Notes: generated by a model not told the origin, from the sequence alone. A stretch of 64,000 nt of DNA from Verrucomicrobiota bacterium JB023 (GCA_030673895.1 JAUTCR010000015.1:753-64752), one strand, 5' to 3'. Shown: positions 9,951 to 19,496, numbered from the stretch's first letter. Numbers and translations: made by a program.

Positions 9951-11725
9951 AGAATGCCTTCCAGAGCCATCTTCATTGGCTGGTCTTCGGCCTGTTTGCG
10001 CTGCTTTTCCTTAGCACGGTTGGTCCCGTCATGCGGGAGAGCGACCAAGCTTCGCTGCTGGATGGAGCCTTGCAGTTGGCGCGTGATGGACAGCTCGTCG
10101 CCCGCGACTTCTATAATTACGACAAGCAATTTGGCTCTTACTGGATTCTTGCGTTTCTTTTCCGGGTCACTGGCTTGCAAGCGGTCGGCTCGGCCCCGGA
10201 TGCCATCGTGGAGCTTGGAAATTGGGCGAGTGGCGTTTGTTTCTTGCTCGGCTTGGGCAGTCTCTTCCGGTCCTGGAAGCCGACCGGATGGGAGTTGCTC
10301 CTGGTCGGACTCACCTTGGCGAGCCCGATTCTTCTCTTCAGTGTTCCCTTTCTCTCCTCCAATCTGTTTTCAGCGGCCTTCCTTTGTTTTCTTGCGAGCA
10401 AATTGCGGAAGCCGAGCCAGAGCCTGAGATCGGACTTGGCAGTGGGGCTCGTCGGCTTCGTCGCCGTGGCTTGCCGAGCGGATGCGGTGCTCCTGATGCC
10501 TTGGCTTTGCCTGCTCGCCAGCCGGGAAGAGAAAGTCAGCCTGATGATTCGGGAAAGGCGTTTCTGGATCCTCGCGGCGGGCTCTGTCTTGGCGCTCGCG
10601 GTGGGAGTGCTGCTCAGTTCGCGCCGGGCGGCATCTTACGAGGCCTTTTTCCAACCTCAAGTTGCTGCCGCTTTTCTTGTCTTCGGTTTGGGAGGGGCTT
10701 TGCTGGCTTACGGGGCCTTGCTTGGAGGAATTGCCTTTCAGCTGGTGCAGAGGAAAGAGCCATTCATTCTTCTTGCCTTGGGGGCGGCTCTTCTTCCTCT
10801 CGTGTTTTACGGTCGCATCCTCTTCACGCCGAGGCATTTGACCACCACCTTGTTGGTGTTACTGCTCTCCTTCTTTTTTCAGCGCGGACGGAGCTGGTGG
10901 GCTCTTTTGGAGCGCCCCCTCGCCAAGGGAGTGGTTTTGGCTGCTCTCGTTCTGCCCTTCTTGATCGGAATTCGACTTCACTCCGCGAGCCGGGGGCGTC
11001 CGGTGGTGACTCAGCCGACGCTCTTTCCCAGTGCCGATGGTTATTGGCCCATGGGTTGCCAAGCGCAGTTCCTGACTTGGCTGGCGCAAGCGGACCAAAT
11101 CCCGCTCGATCACAATCAGCGGGTCTGGGAGGCGTGGACGGCAGTGAGTGAGCTCGAGGACCAGCCTACCTTCTACTCCACAGGCTTGATGAGCTTCGGC
11201 CCTTTGATGGCTACCATCACCGGAAAGGTTGTCGAGCCACGCTGGACATGGAGTGAATTGACGGACGGGACATTTTACAGCGATGGTCGAACGGTGGTGA
11301 AAAATCATCAAAAGATGGGGGTGGATGGACCCCGTGACGTCTCGGCCTCGAATTGGCCTGATGGCAGGGTCATCGTTGGGGAATCTACTTGGGAGCAAAT
11401 CTTCCGAATGGGCGAGCCAAGCGAAGCCGTTTCGTCTCCTCTCTGGGAGATTAAGTTGGCCTTGAGCGAAGTCTCGAAGGGCGATGACCTTGTTGTCGGT
11501 CGAGTGGATTCACCTTGGCAGGAGCTCCGGGGGGGAGGGCCATTTCGTTGGTTCGCGATCCAGGACAAGGCGGAAGCGCCCGGTGCTGGATGGAAGCGGG
11601 TCGCCTACGTCGAGCCCTATTGGATCCATGAGTCGGTCTCCTCCTCGATCCCAGAGACGAAGTCCGGTTGGCTGGCGCGTAGTTCCTTGCCTGAATTTTT
11701 CAAAATAAGTCGTTATGGAAAGTGA
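9947..11725 (+). CDS. polytopic membrane protein with C-terminal soluble domain (possible GT-C-type glycosyltransferase)
   Basis: About 330 aa of TM helices followed by about 260 aa of soluble sequence. Its start overlaps the UbiA stop (ATGA at 9947-9950). The GT-C assignment is by architecture and context only. Confidence 0.35.
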   Translation: MKNAFQSHLHWLVFGLFALLFLSTVGPVMRESDQASLLDGALQLARDGQLVARDFYNYDKQFGSYWILAFLFRVTGLQAVGSAPDAIVELGNWASGVCFLLGLGSLFRSWKPTGWELLLVGLTLASPILLFSVPFLSSNLFSAAFLCFLASKLRKPSQSLRSDLAVGLVGFVAVACRADAVLLMPWLCLLASREEKVSLMIRERRFWILAAGSVLALAVGVLLSSRRAASYEAFFQPQVAAAFLVFGLGGALLAYGALLGGIAFQLVQRKEPFILLALGAALLPLVFYGRILFTPRHLTTTLLVLLLSFFFQRGRSWWALLERPLAKGVVLAALVLPFLIGIRLHSASRGRPVVTQPTLFPSADGYWPMGCQAQFLTWLAQADQIPLDHNQRVWEAWTAVSELEDQPTFYSTGLMSFGPLMATITGKVVEPRWTWSELTDGTFYSDGRTVVKNHQKMGVDGPRDVSASNWPDGRVIVGESTWEQIFRMGEPSEAVSSPLWEIKLALSEVSKGDDLVVGRVDSPWQELRGGGPFRWFAIQDKAEAPGAGWKRVAYVEPYWIHESVSSSIPETKSGWLARSSLPEFFKISRYGK

Positions 11726-13625
11726 AGCTCATCAAAGACCATCGCTCCCGCTGCTGTTAGGCTGGGGTTTGATTCTCGTTGGATGGTTGATTGCCGGAGG
11801 GTATGCGAATGGTGGGGAGATGCCCCGGCTGGCCCTCGTTCTTCCATTTTCAACTGTTGGAGCCTTTGTCGTTCTGGCGTCATCCCGGCAAAAGGTGGGG
11901 TGGCTCCCGTGGCTGGCGATAGCCGTCGCAGCCTACTTTCTGGCCCGGGCCCGTTTTTCGGAAGTCTGGGATTTGGCCAAGCTAGATGTCCTCTTGGTGG
12001 TGAATGCCTTGTTCTGTTTCTTGAGTGCCCAAGTCGCGCTTCGATTTCAGGCCGGGCGGATGATGCTTTTCGCTACCGGCGCCCTTCTGCTCCTTGGCAA
12101 CGGGCTCGTCTCCTACCACCAACTCTTTGGGAATGAGTCCTACGCATGGCTTCGCGGACCGAGGGCAGATGTCAAAGGGGTCAGCGGTGCCTTCTATCAC
12201 CGGAACTATCTGGCAGGCTTTCTGGCCATTCTTTGCCCGCTTCTGGTTGGCTTGGCAACCCAGTCCAAGCTTAAGCTGACGATCTGCTTGCCCCTCTTGC
12301 TGCTAGGCTTCACCTTGGGCTTCCTCTCCAACTCCCGGGGGGGATTCGTTTCCCTTGTCCTCGCTTCGGTCATTACCTTGGTCGTGCTGAAAAAGAGGGA
12401 AGGGAGCAAGCTCTCCAAAAAGGCTTTGGTTGGCCTTGCGGTGTTTACGGTAGTGGCCCTTGTCGGCTTCATGTTTCTCTGGATGGAAATCATCGAGCAG
12501 CGGGGAGGGGAGCAGTGGAAAGATGACTTGCGGGGCCGTTTGGCAATGGCCGGGATCGCTTTCGAAATTTGGATGAACCACCTCTGGTTCGGGGCGGGCG
12601 GTAATTCCTATGGATATGAATTCGTCCGCCTCTTCGACGGGGAGAGCATTCCCGGCTTCTTCGGTGATGCGGAGAGAGCGCATTCCGATTACCTGCAAAT
12701 TCTGAGTGATTACGGACTGATTGGGTTTCTCGCCGTGGTGACGCTTCTCATCTCGATCCTGCTCGCTCTCTTGATGCCGCGAAATCATCGTAATTGGGTC
12801 AGCGCGGTCGCCATTGCGGTGCTTCTCTCGGAAAGCCTGCGGGCGGGATTCGACTTCAACCTCCGCATCCTGCCCAATTTCATGCTCTTCGCGTTCGTTC
12901 TCGGTGGAGGGCTGCTCCGCGACGAGGCGGGTGATCAATCCCGCGCAAGCTCCCTGAGCCTCGCGGCCTTCGCTGGCTTGGGCGCGATGACTTTACTCTC
13001 ATTTTTCTCACCGCAGCTGCAGCAGGTCCCGACGTGGCTCGAGCTGGAGGTGGCCCGCTTGAAAAGAGAGGGTGACCAGCTTGCCACCCATCGGCGAGCC
13101 TATCTGGAGGGAGCCCCGGAGTTCACGCAGGCTCGTTTGCTGGCACGTGCGAGCTTGAGAGACGCAATGCGCAAGCCCTCGGAAGAGAACTGGACCCGAA
13201 CTAGCCAGGATTGGGCCCGTGTGGTGACGATCCATCCCTTGGACGGAGAAAGCTTGGCGAATCGGGCTCGTGCCCTTGATGAGCTTGGACGCTTCGACGA
13301 AGCCCAGGAATATCACCTGCGAGCTTATGAAGCGGTCGGCCGCCGGGAAAATAAATATGGCGTCCTTCTCGGAATCGCGATGCATCTCGCCAAACGTGCG
13401 AAGTCTGAATTTGAAAATCGCCGTCCGGGTCAGGCGCACTTTCTCTACCTGCAAGCCAGGGAGTTCCAACGGGAAAGTTTTCGTCGAAACTACGAGCGAA
13501 GAGAGGTGAACCGGCCCATCGGTAATTGGCTGAACAGCCAGATCGAGTTCTTTGAGCAGACCCGGGTCGAACCAATTGAGATTAAATGTCTACGACTCGA
13601 TCAGGTCTTGAATTCAAGCTCCTAG
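11715..13625 (+). CDS. O-antigen ligase (Wzy_C)-family membrane protein with C-terminal helical-repeat region
   Basis: AHSDYLQILSDYGLIGFL is the typical O-antigen ligase/WaaL-Wzy_C loop motif. Multiple TM helices. Overlaps the upstream gene by 11 nt. Confidence 0.7.
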   Translation: MESEAHQRPSLPLLLGWGLILVGWLIAGGYANGGEMPRLALVLPFSTVGAFVVLASSRQKVGWLPWLAIAVAAYFLARARFSEVWDLAKLDVLLVVNALFCFLSAQVALRFQAGRMMLFATGALLLLGNGLVSYHQLFGNESYAWLRGPRADVKGVSGAFYHRNYLAGFLAILCPLLVGLATQSKLKLTICLPLLLLGFTLGFLSNSRGGFVSLVLASVITLVVLKKREGSKLSKKALVGLAVFTVVALVGFMFLWMEIIEQRGGEQWKDDLRGRLAMAGIAFEIWMNHLWFGAGGNSYGYEFVRLFDGESIPGFFGDAERAHSDYLQILSDYGLIGFLAVVTLLISILLALLMPRNHRNWVSAVAIAVLLSESLRAGFDFNLRILPNFMLFAFVLGGGLLRDEAGDQSRASSLSLAAFAGLGAMTLLSFFSPQLQQVPTWLELEVARLKREGDQLATHRRAYLEGAPEFTQARLLARASLRDAMRKPSEENWTRTSQDWARVVTIHPLDGESLANRARALDELGRFDEAQEYHLRAYEAVGRRENKYGVLLGIAMHLAKRAKSEFENRRPGQAHFLYLQAREFQRESFRRNYERREVNRPIGNWLNSQIEFFEQTRVEPIEIKCLRLDQVLNSSS

Positions 13626-13651
13626 ACCATTAAACGCCAGCGAAATTCGGG

Positions 13652-15061
13652 ATGATTGAAAGAGGGAAAAGAGAAACGTTTTCGCTGCAGGTGCTGCAGC
13701 TAGTTGACGCGGCCATCATTTGGGCCTCGTTTTGGATCGCATCTCTCTTCCGGGATCCGATTCGGAACCTGCTTGGTTTGGTCGAGATGGAAGGGCAATC
13801 CGGTCTGTCGGACCTTACTTGGGTCCTCTTCGTGACCGTTCCCTTCACGCCGATTATCCTCGAGATTTTTGGCTTTTACCGCAAGCCGCTCCACAAACGC
13901 CTCTCGACCTCGCTGGTCCAAATTGTCCAGACCCTCCTCGTGGTGGCGTTGATCGTCGGCATGTTCGCCATCTTCGGTCGAATCGAAGTCGCCAGTCGAT
14001 GGATCCTGGGGGCCGCTTTCCTCCTAATGGCCATCTTCCTCATGGTCCGCGAATATGCGACCCGGGCAATTATTCTACAGGCCATCCGCGCTGAGGATGC
14101 CAAGGAGGCGATCATCATCGCCGGAGGAGAGAAGGAAATTGCCCAATTCGTCAAAGAGACCCCAGACGAGGTGCGGGGAAGTTGGAAGATTGTCGAGCAG
14201 ATCGATCTGCGCGAGATCTCGGTCGATTCCTTCGAGGCAAAAATCAAGGAAGCCTCGGTGGCGCGGGTCATCTTCCTAGCCAAGCACACCGAATTCGGGC
14301 TCTTGGCTAAGGCGGTCGAAATCTGTGAGTTGCAAGGCATCGAAGCCTGGATCTCAGCAGGATTCATCCGAACCCAGGTCGCTCGCCCGGATTTCGATCT
14401 CCTCGGTGGCAAGCCCATGCTGGTGCTGCGCTCCACACCGGAAGTCTCGTGGGCCGTATTTGGCAAAGATGTCCTCGATCGAATCGGCTCTTTCATTTTC
14501 ATCTCCCTGACGCTGCCCTTTTGGATTGTGGCCGCCATCGGCATCAAATTGAGCAGCCCGGGCCCAATTTTCTTTCGGCAGAATCGGGCCGGTCGATATG
14601 GCAAGCCTTTCACCATGTATAAGTTCCGGACCATGGGGACGGATGCCGAAGCGCGCCTCAAGCAGGTGAAGGACGAGGTAGGCAACGAGATGTCGGGCCC
14701 AGTCTTCAAGCTGGAGAACGACCCGCGTATTTTTCCTTTTGGGAAGTTCCTCCGTAAATTCAGCATCGATGAATTCCCGCAGATGCTCAACGTGCTCAAG
14801 GGAGACATGAGCTTGGTGGGGCCCCGTCCTCTGCCGCTTTACGAAGTGGATCAGTTCGAGCGCATGGAGCATCGCCGCCGCTTGAGCGTGAAGCCGGGCA
14901 TCACCTGCGAATGGCAGGCCGGAGGCCGGAACTCGATCACCAACTTCGACGAATGGGTGAAGATGGACCTCGACTACATCGACAACTGGTCGCTGTGGCT
15001 GGACGTGAAGTTGCTGCTCAAGACGATTCCGGCAGTTTTGTTCGGGAGCGGGGCAAAGTAA
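13652..15061 (+). CDS. polyprenyl-phosphate sugar-1-phosphate transferase (WbaP/EpsB-type priming enzyme)
   Basis: The C-terminal bacterial sugar transferase domain shows DEFPQMLNVLKGDMSLVGPRP and KPGITCEWQ. The N-terminal part has TM helices. Confidence 0.9.
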   Translation: MIERGKRETFSLQVLQLVDAAIIWASFWIASLFRDPIRNLLGLVEMEGQSGLSDLTWVLFVTVPFTPIILEIFGFYRKPLHKRLSTSLVQIVQTLLVVALIVGMFAIFGRIEVASRWILGAAFLLMAIFLMVREYATRAIILQAIRAEDAKEAIIIAGGEKEIAQFVKETPDEVRGSWKIVEQIDLREISVDSFEAKIKEASVARVIFLAKHTEFGLLAKAVEICELQGIEAWISAGFIRTQVARPDFDLLGGKPMLVLRSTPEVSWAVFGKDVLDRIGSFIFISLTLPFWIVAAIGIKLSSPGPIFFRQNRAGRYGKPFTMYKFRTMGTDAEARLKQVKDEVGNEMSGPVFKLENDPRIFPFGKFLRKFSIDEFPQMLNVLKGDMSLVGPRPLPLYEVDQFERMEHRRRLSVKPGITCEWQAGGRNSITNFDEWVKMDLDYIDNWSLWLDVKLLLKTIPAVLFGSGAK

Positions 15062-15116
15062 ACATCCTGCGGGGTTGTCAAAGCGGGAGGATTCGCCAAA
15101 TTCGCTCTTCACCAAG

Positions 15117-16064
15117 ATGAAACTGATTTCCGGCACGGCTCACAAACAACTTTCGGAGGGAATCGCGGACTACATCGGGGAAGATCTGGTCGATGTGACA
15201 GTCACGTCCTTTCCCGATGGCGAGACTTTCGTTAAAATCAACCAGAACATCCGGGGGCAGGACGTCTTCCTGATTCAACCCACTTGTCCGCCGACCAATC
15301 ACAACCTGATGGAGCTCCTCATTATGGTTGATGCGGCCCGCCGGGCCAGTGCGGGCAATATCACGGCCGTGATTCCGTTCTTCGGCTATGCGCGGCAGGA
15401 CCGGAAGGATCAGCCCCGCGTGCCCATCACCGCCAAGTTAGTGGCCAATCTGCTCTCCGCTGCCGGGGTGCGCCGGGTGGTGACCATGGACCTGCACGCA
15501 GCGCAGATTCAGGGCTTCTTCGATATCCCGGTGGACCATCTTTACGCCAAGCCCGTTCTGGTGAAGGCGGTGCGGGAGCGCCGCAAGGGGATGGACCCTT
15601 CCAAGCTGACGGTTGTTTCTCCTGACGTGGGAGGGGTGAAGATGGCTCGAGCGTATTCCGATGCCTTGGGTGCCCAGTTGGCCATTGTGGCCAAGCACCG
15701 GGTCAACGCGACCAAGGTGGAGGCGATGAACCTCATTGGAGATGTGAAAGGCCAGGACGTCTTCATCGTCGACGATATGACAGAGACAGCTGGCACCCTT
15801 TGCGCGGCGGCCAACATTCTCAAGGAGGCGGGTGCCGAGCGGATTTTTGCAGGGGTCTCTCATGCGGTGCTGGGCGACTTGGGTATTGAAAGAATCAACG
15901 AATCCGAGGTGACCGAGGTCATCACGACCAACTCCACGCCGGTCAAAGCGGGCGGAAAAATCCGCGTTGTCGACATGGCAGATGTCTTCGGTGAGGCGAT
16001 AATGCGCATTCATGCCGGAAAATCTGTGAGTTCTCTCTTTGACATCGAAGCTGAGGAAGTGTAA
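15117..16064 (+). CDS. prs: ribose-phosphate pyrophosphokinase
   Basis: MKLISGTAH..., the GYARQDRK motif and the PRPP-binding loop VDDMTETAGT. ATG at 15117. Confidence 0.95.
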   Translation: MKLISGTAHKQLSEGIADYIGEDLVDVTVTSFPDGETFVKINQNIRGQDVFLIQPTCPPTNHNLMELLIMVDAARRASAGNITAVIPFFGYARQDRKDQPRVPITAKLVANLLSAAGVRRVVTMDLHAAQIQGFFDIPVDHLYAKPVLVKAVRERRKGMDPSKLTVVSPDVGGVKMARAYSDALGAQLAIVAKHRVNATKVEAMNLIGDVKGQDVFIVDDMTETAGTLCAAANILKEAGAERIFAGVSHAVLGDLGIERINESEVTEVITTNSTPVKAGGKIRVVDMADVFGEAIMRIHAGKSVSSLFDIEAEEV

Positions 16065-16127
16065 TCACCGCGCCCCCGACGCGCCGACGGACGATTTCGG
16101 CACGGGGAAATCGAACGAATTTAAGTC

Positions 16128-16748
16128 ATGGCGAAGACGGCAACATTGAAAGCGGAAGAAAGGAAGCGCACCGGATCAGGCGTGCTCAAGCAGATGCGTC
16201 GCGAGGGGTGGGTTCCTTCCATCGTTTACGGTGGCGGTGTCGAGAACCGGAACTTGAAAATCAATTCCAAGACTTTCCGCGACCTCGTGGCCCACAGTGC
16301 CTCGGAGAACTTCCTGGTCGACCTGGAAATCGAAGGAGCTGGCAACCAGTTGGCCTTCGTGCAGGACATTCAACACGATCCTCTCTCCGGAGACATCATT
16401 CACGCTGACTTCCGTGCAGTGGATGAAAAGACCGAGATTAAGGCGAGCTTGCCTATCGTTCTTGAAGGGGAAGCAAAAGGAGTCAAGGCCGGTGGTCTTC
16501 TCGAGCAGCATCTTCACTACTTGGAGATCTCTTGCTTGCCGAAGGATCTTCCCGAGTCCCTGCACGCCGACGTCAGTGACCTTGGCTTGACCGAAGCCTT
16601 CAGTGTGAGCGACATGACTCTTCCTGAGGGTGTCTCCACCGTTGCCGATGGCAACATCGTGGTCGCGATCGTTGCCAAGACCCGGACGCTTAAGAGTGCT
16701 GGTGGCGGTGTCGAAGGTGAGGAAGGCGAAGAAGCAGCTGCCGAATAA
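16128..16748 (+). CDS. rplY: 50S ribosomal protein L25/general stress protein Ctc
   Basis: LKAEERKRTGSG..R.LRREG.VP..VYG-type N-terminus with an acidic C-terminal tail. Conserved prs-ctc-pth synteny. Confidence 0.9.
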   Translation: MAKTATLKAEERKRTGSGVLKQMRREGWVPSIVYGGGVENRNLKINSKTFRDLVAHSASENFLVDLEIEGAGNQLAFVQDIQHDPLSGDIIHADFRAVDEKTEIKASLPIVLEGEAKGVKAGGLLEQHLHYLEISCLPKDLPESLHADVSDLGLTEAFSVSDMTLPEGVSTVADGNIVVAIVAKTRTLKSAGGGVEGEEGEEAAAE

Positions 16749-16791
16749 GCGCCTTTTCCACCTGTCCGTCGCGCACGACGGAAACTTTCCA

Positions 16792-16820
16792 ACCCGCCCG
16801 AAAACGGCGGGTTTTTTATT
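16792..16820 (+). terminator. rho-independent terminator after rplY
   Basis: Hairpin CCCGCC(cgaaaac)GGCGGG followed by TTTTTTATTT. Confidence 0.7.
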
Positions 16821-16853
16821 TGGTATGAGACCGCGGGAAGCTCATTCTAGGGC

Positions 16854-17504
16854 ATGGCCGAGCTGAAGCTGATTGTGGGATTGGGCAATCCGGGAAAGGA
16901 GTATGAGGGCACTCGTCACAATATTGGCTTTGAGGTCCTGGATGCTCTGGCTGACGAGGCCGGGGTGCGCTTCGAGCTTGAGAAGAAGTGGGAAGGGGAG
17001 CTGGCCAAGGTGGATGGACTGCCCCTGCTCAAGCCGATGACCTTCATGAATCTGAGCGGGCGCTCGGTAGCGTCCCTCGCTCGCTTCTACCGCTGGAAGC
17101 CGGAAGAAATTTTAGTGGTCTATGATGACGTGGCTTTGCCTCTGGGTCGCCTACGATTCCGCGAGGGGGGGAGTGACGGAGGGCACAATGGGATCAAGTC
17201 TCTCATCGCTCACTTGGGCACCAGAGACTTCCCGAGATTGAGGATCGGGGTGGGAAGTGCCCGGCCGGGAGGCCTCGTGGGCCATGTTTTGGGAAAGTTT
17301 GCCCCAAATGAACGCGAAGAGATGCAAAACACACTTGCAAGAGCCCGAGTGGCTGTGCAGCTTGCCGCTTCGCGAGGGGTCGTAATGGCCGCCAACGAGT
17401 TTAACGTTAAAGAAAAACCGAAGAAGCAACTGTCGAGCGACGATGAGCAGGAAATACGAAGGTCTGATTGTACTGAACACCAAGGGGAACGAGAAGAGTG
17501 TTGA
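16854..17504 (+). CDS. pth: peptidyl-tRNA hydrolase
   Basis: LIVGLGNPGKEYEGTRHNIGF and GGHNGIKS. It carries a roughly 25-aa charged C-terminal extension that overlaps rpsF. Confidence 0.9.
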   Translation: MAELKLIVGLGNPGKEYEGTRHNIGFEVLDALADEAGVRFELEKKWEGELAKVDGLPLLKPMTFMNLSGRSVASLARFYRWKPEEILVVYDDVALPLGRLRFREGGSDGGHNGIKSLIAHLGTRDFPRLRIGVGSARPGGLVGHVLGKFAPNEREEMQNTLARARVAVQLAASRGVVMAANEFNVKEKPKKQLSSDDEQEIRRSDCTEHQGEREEC

Positions 17505-17730
17505 TGATTTGTCGACTGCGGTTGGCAAAGAAATGGAAGAGGAGGGAGCCAAGCTGGAACAAATCCAGCAATTGGGGCGCCGCAAGTTTGCTTACAATGC
17601 CCGTCACCTGGATGGTGGTCATTATGTGAATTTCCTATTCGAAGCCGACGCCGAAATTTTGACGAAGATTCAAGCCCGTCTCAAATTGAACGAGGTAGTC
17701 CATCTTCAGCATTACCAGCGCCTTTCCTAA
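17443..17730 (+). CDS. rpsF: 30S ribosomal protein S6
   Basis: YEGLIVLN..., GRRKFAY and GHYVNFLFEA are characteristic of S6. 95 aa. Confidence 0.85.
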   Translation: MSRKYEGLIVLNTKGNEKSVDDLSTAVGKEMEEEGAKLEQIQQLGRRKFAYNARHLDGGHYVNFLFEADAEILTKIQARLKLNEVVHLQHYQRLS

Positions 17731-17784
17731 AGGGCTGTTTTCCTCTTGGAGGAGGAGCCGATACCCGGTAGCAAATTCCCCACT

Positions 17785-18267
17785 ATGGCTAATTTGAACA
17801 AAGTTCTCTTAATGGGAAACCTGACGCGCGATCCAGAATTGCGCTACACGCCCCGCCAGACGGCGGTCGCTGATCTCGGGCTTGCCATTAATCGAATTCG
17901 AGGTGGCGGTGATGGCGGTGAACGCACGGAGGAAACCACCTACATTGACGTGACCCTCTGGGGGCGTCAGGCGGAAATTGCCAACCAGTATCTGAAGAAA
18001 GGGCAAGGGGTCTTCATTGAGGGAAGACTCCAGCTCGATACCTGGGAGGATAAAACGACGGGTCAGCGCCGTAGCAAGCTGAAGGTCGTCGGCGAGAATA
18101 TGCAATTCTTGGGAGGCCCCCGGGGAGGCGGTGGCGGGCAATCCCGGCCGAGTTCTCCGGCAGAGGATTCCCCCAGCCGTAGCGACACGGGCCAGCAGAG
18201 TTCTCCTTCTGGCGGTGGCGGCGGCGGTTCGTTCGACTCCGAGGAGGACGACGACATCCCATTTTAA
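17785..18267 (+). CDS. ssb: single-stranded DNA-binding protein
   Basis: LNKVLLMGNLTRDPELRYTP (OB fold), a Gly-rich linker and the acidic tip DDDIPF. Confidence 0.9.
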   Translation: MANLNKVLLMGNLTRDPELRYTPRQTAVADLGLAINRIRGGGDGGERTEETTYIDVTLWGRQAEIANQYLKKGQGVFIEGRLQLDTWEDKTTGQRRSKLKVVGENMQFLGGPRGGGGGQSRPSSPAEDSPSRSDTGQQSSPSGGGGGGSFDSEEDDDIPF

Positions 18268-18299
18268 TTTTTCCCAAACCTAGGGAGAGAGGCAAGGAG

Positions 18300-18335
18300 C
18301 CGGCGGAAGTCATTTCCACCGGTTTTTTTTATTTT
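18300..18335. terminator. bidirectional rho-independent terminator between convergent ssb and rlmN
   Basis: Hairpin CCGGCGGAA(gtcat)TTCCACCGG followed by T8ATTTT. Confidence 0.7.
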
Positions 18336-18344
18336 GGGTTCTCG

Positions 18345-19430
18345 TTAGGAGAGTTCGCCGACCTTGTTTTCTTCCTGCAGGCGGAGCTGTCCACAAGCGG
18401 CTTCGATGTCATGGCCTTTTTCCAAGCGCAGGGTGGCGGAGACTCCGGCGCTCTGCAGGATGTCACGGAATTGCCGGCAGCGGGAGTCGGACGGTCGCTT
18501 CCAGGGGAGACCCTCGACCTTGTTGTAAGGGATAAGATTGACTTTGGCCCGGATGCCCTTGGCCCGCTTGGCCAGAATGCGGGCCTGCTCCAAGTCATCA
18601 TTGATGCCCTCGATGAGGATGTATTCGAGGGTGAGGTGTTGCTTCTTGCGGGAGTTCCAGTAACGGAGAGCCTCAAAGAGTTCATCGACCTGCCAGCGCT
18701 CGTTGACCGGCATGATTTGGGAGCGAACCTCGTCGGTGGCTCCGTGGAGGGAGATGGCGAGGCGGATTTGGCGGGGGTGATCGGCGAGCTTGCGGATTTG
18801 AGGAACCAGTCCCGAGGTGGAAATGGTGAGGTGCCGGGCACCTATCCCGATGCCCCAATCCGAGGTGATCAGCTCGATGGCTTTGGAGAGGTTGGGCCAA
18901 TTGGCCAAGGGTTCGCCCATGCCCATGAAGACAAGATTATTGACCCGCGCGCCAGCAATCTCCTCAGCCAGCAGGATCTGCGAGGTGATCTCGGCGGCGC
19001 TGAGATTGCGGGTGAAGCCGAGGAGCCCCGAGGCACAAAATTTACAGCCAAAGGCGCAACCCACCTGGGAAGAGACGCAGAGGGTGAGGCGGTCGGACTT
19101 TTCCCCATAAAGCGCGGGGGAGGCGGGAATCAGCACGCATTCAACGAAGCGGCCATCATGCAGCTTGAAGAGAAACTTGCGGGTGGTATCGACTGAACCT
19201 TGGGTTCTGGTGTGGATGGGCAAGGTGAAGTCGAATTTCTCCTTGAGCGCCTCTCTCAGCTTGGCGGGGAGATTCGTCATCCCATCGATCGAGTCGACGC
19301 GTTTTTTCCAGACCCAATCGAGAACTTGATCCGCCCGGTAGGCGGGTTGTCCGAGTTCCTTGAATTCGGCAAGGAATTCGTCACGGGTGAGCGAGCGGAG
19401 ATGGTGTTTGGTGGCCAAGGGGGAGAACAA
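18345..19430 (-). CDS. rlmN: 23S rRNA/tRNA (adenine-C2)-methyltransferase, radical SAM
   Basis: CVSSQVGCAFGCKFCASG (CxxxCxxC cluster) and N-terminal QPAYRADQVLDWVWKK. TTG start. Confidence 0.9.
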   Translation of the reverse strand: MFSPLATKHHLRSLTRDEFLAEFKELGQPAYRADQVLDWVWKKRVDSIDGMTNLPAKLREALKEKFDFTLPIHTRTQGSVDTTRKFLFKLHDGRFVECVLIPASPALYGEKSDRLTLCVSSQVGCAFGCKFCASGLLGFTRNLSAAEITSQILLAEEIAGARVNNLVFMGMGEPLANWPNLSKAIELITSDWGIGIGARHLTISTSGLVPQIRKLADHPRQIRLAISLHGATDEVRSQIMPVNERWQVDELFEALRYWNSRKKQHLTLEYILIEGINDDLEQARILAKRAKGIRAKVNLIPYNKVEGLPWKRPSDSRCRQFRDILQSAGVSATLRLEKGHDIEAACGQLRLQEENKVGELS

Positions 19431-19496
19431 TCACTCTTCCTGCTTTCAGAATCAAGACTTGGGAGTGTGCGGCAAAGTGTGCTAGATACCCGGCAC

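Noticed and set aside
15117-16064. prs as a dedicated PRPP supplier for the DPPR-synthase-like enzyme in the neighbouring operon.
   Set aside because: The prs-ctc(rplY)-pth order is a widely conserved housekeeping arrangement, for example in Bacillus. Its position next to the polysaccharide operon is therefore most simply coincidental, and I do not use it as evidence.
19200-19496. 5' extension of the lipoprotein ORF given by the track (start at 19200).
   Set aside because: It overlaps the rlmN coding region on the opposite strand. ATG 19497 immediately precedes a canonical lipoprotein signal peptide.
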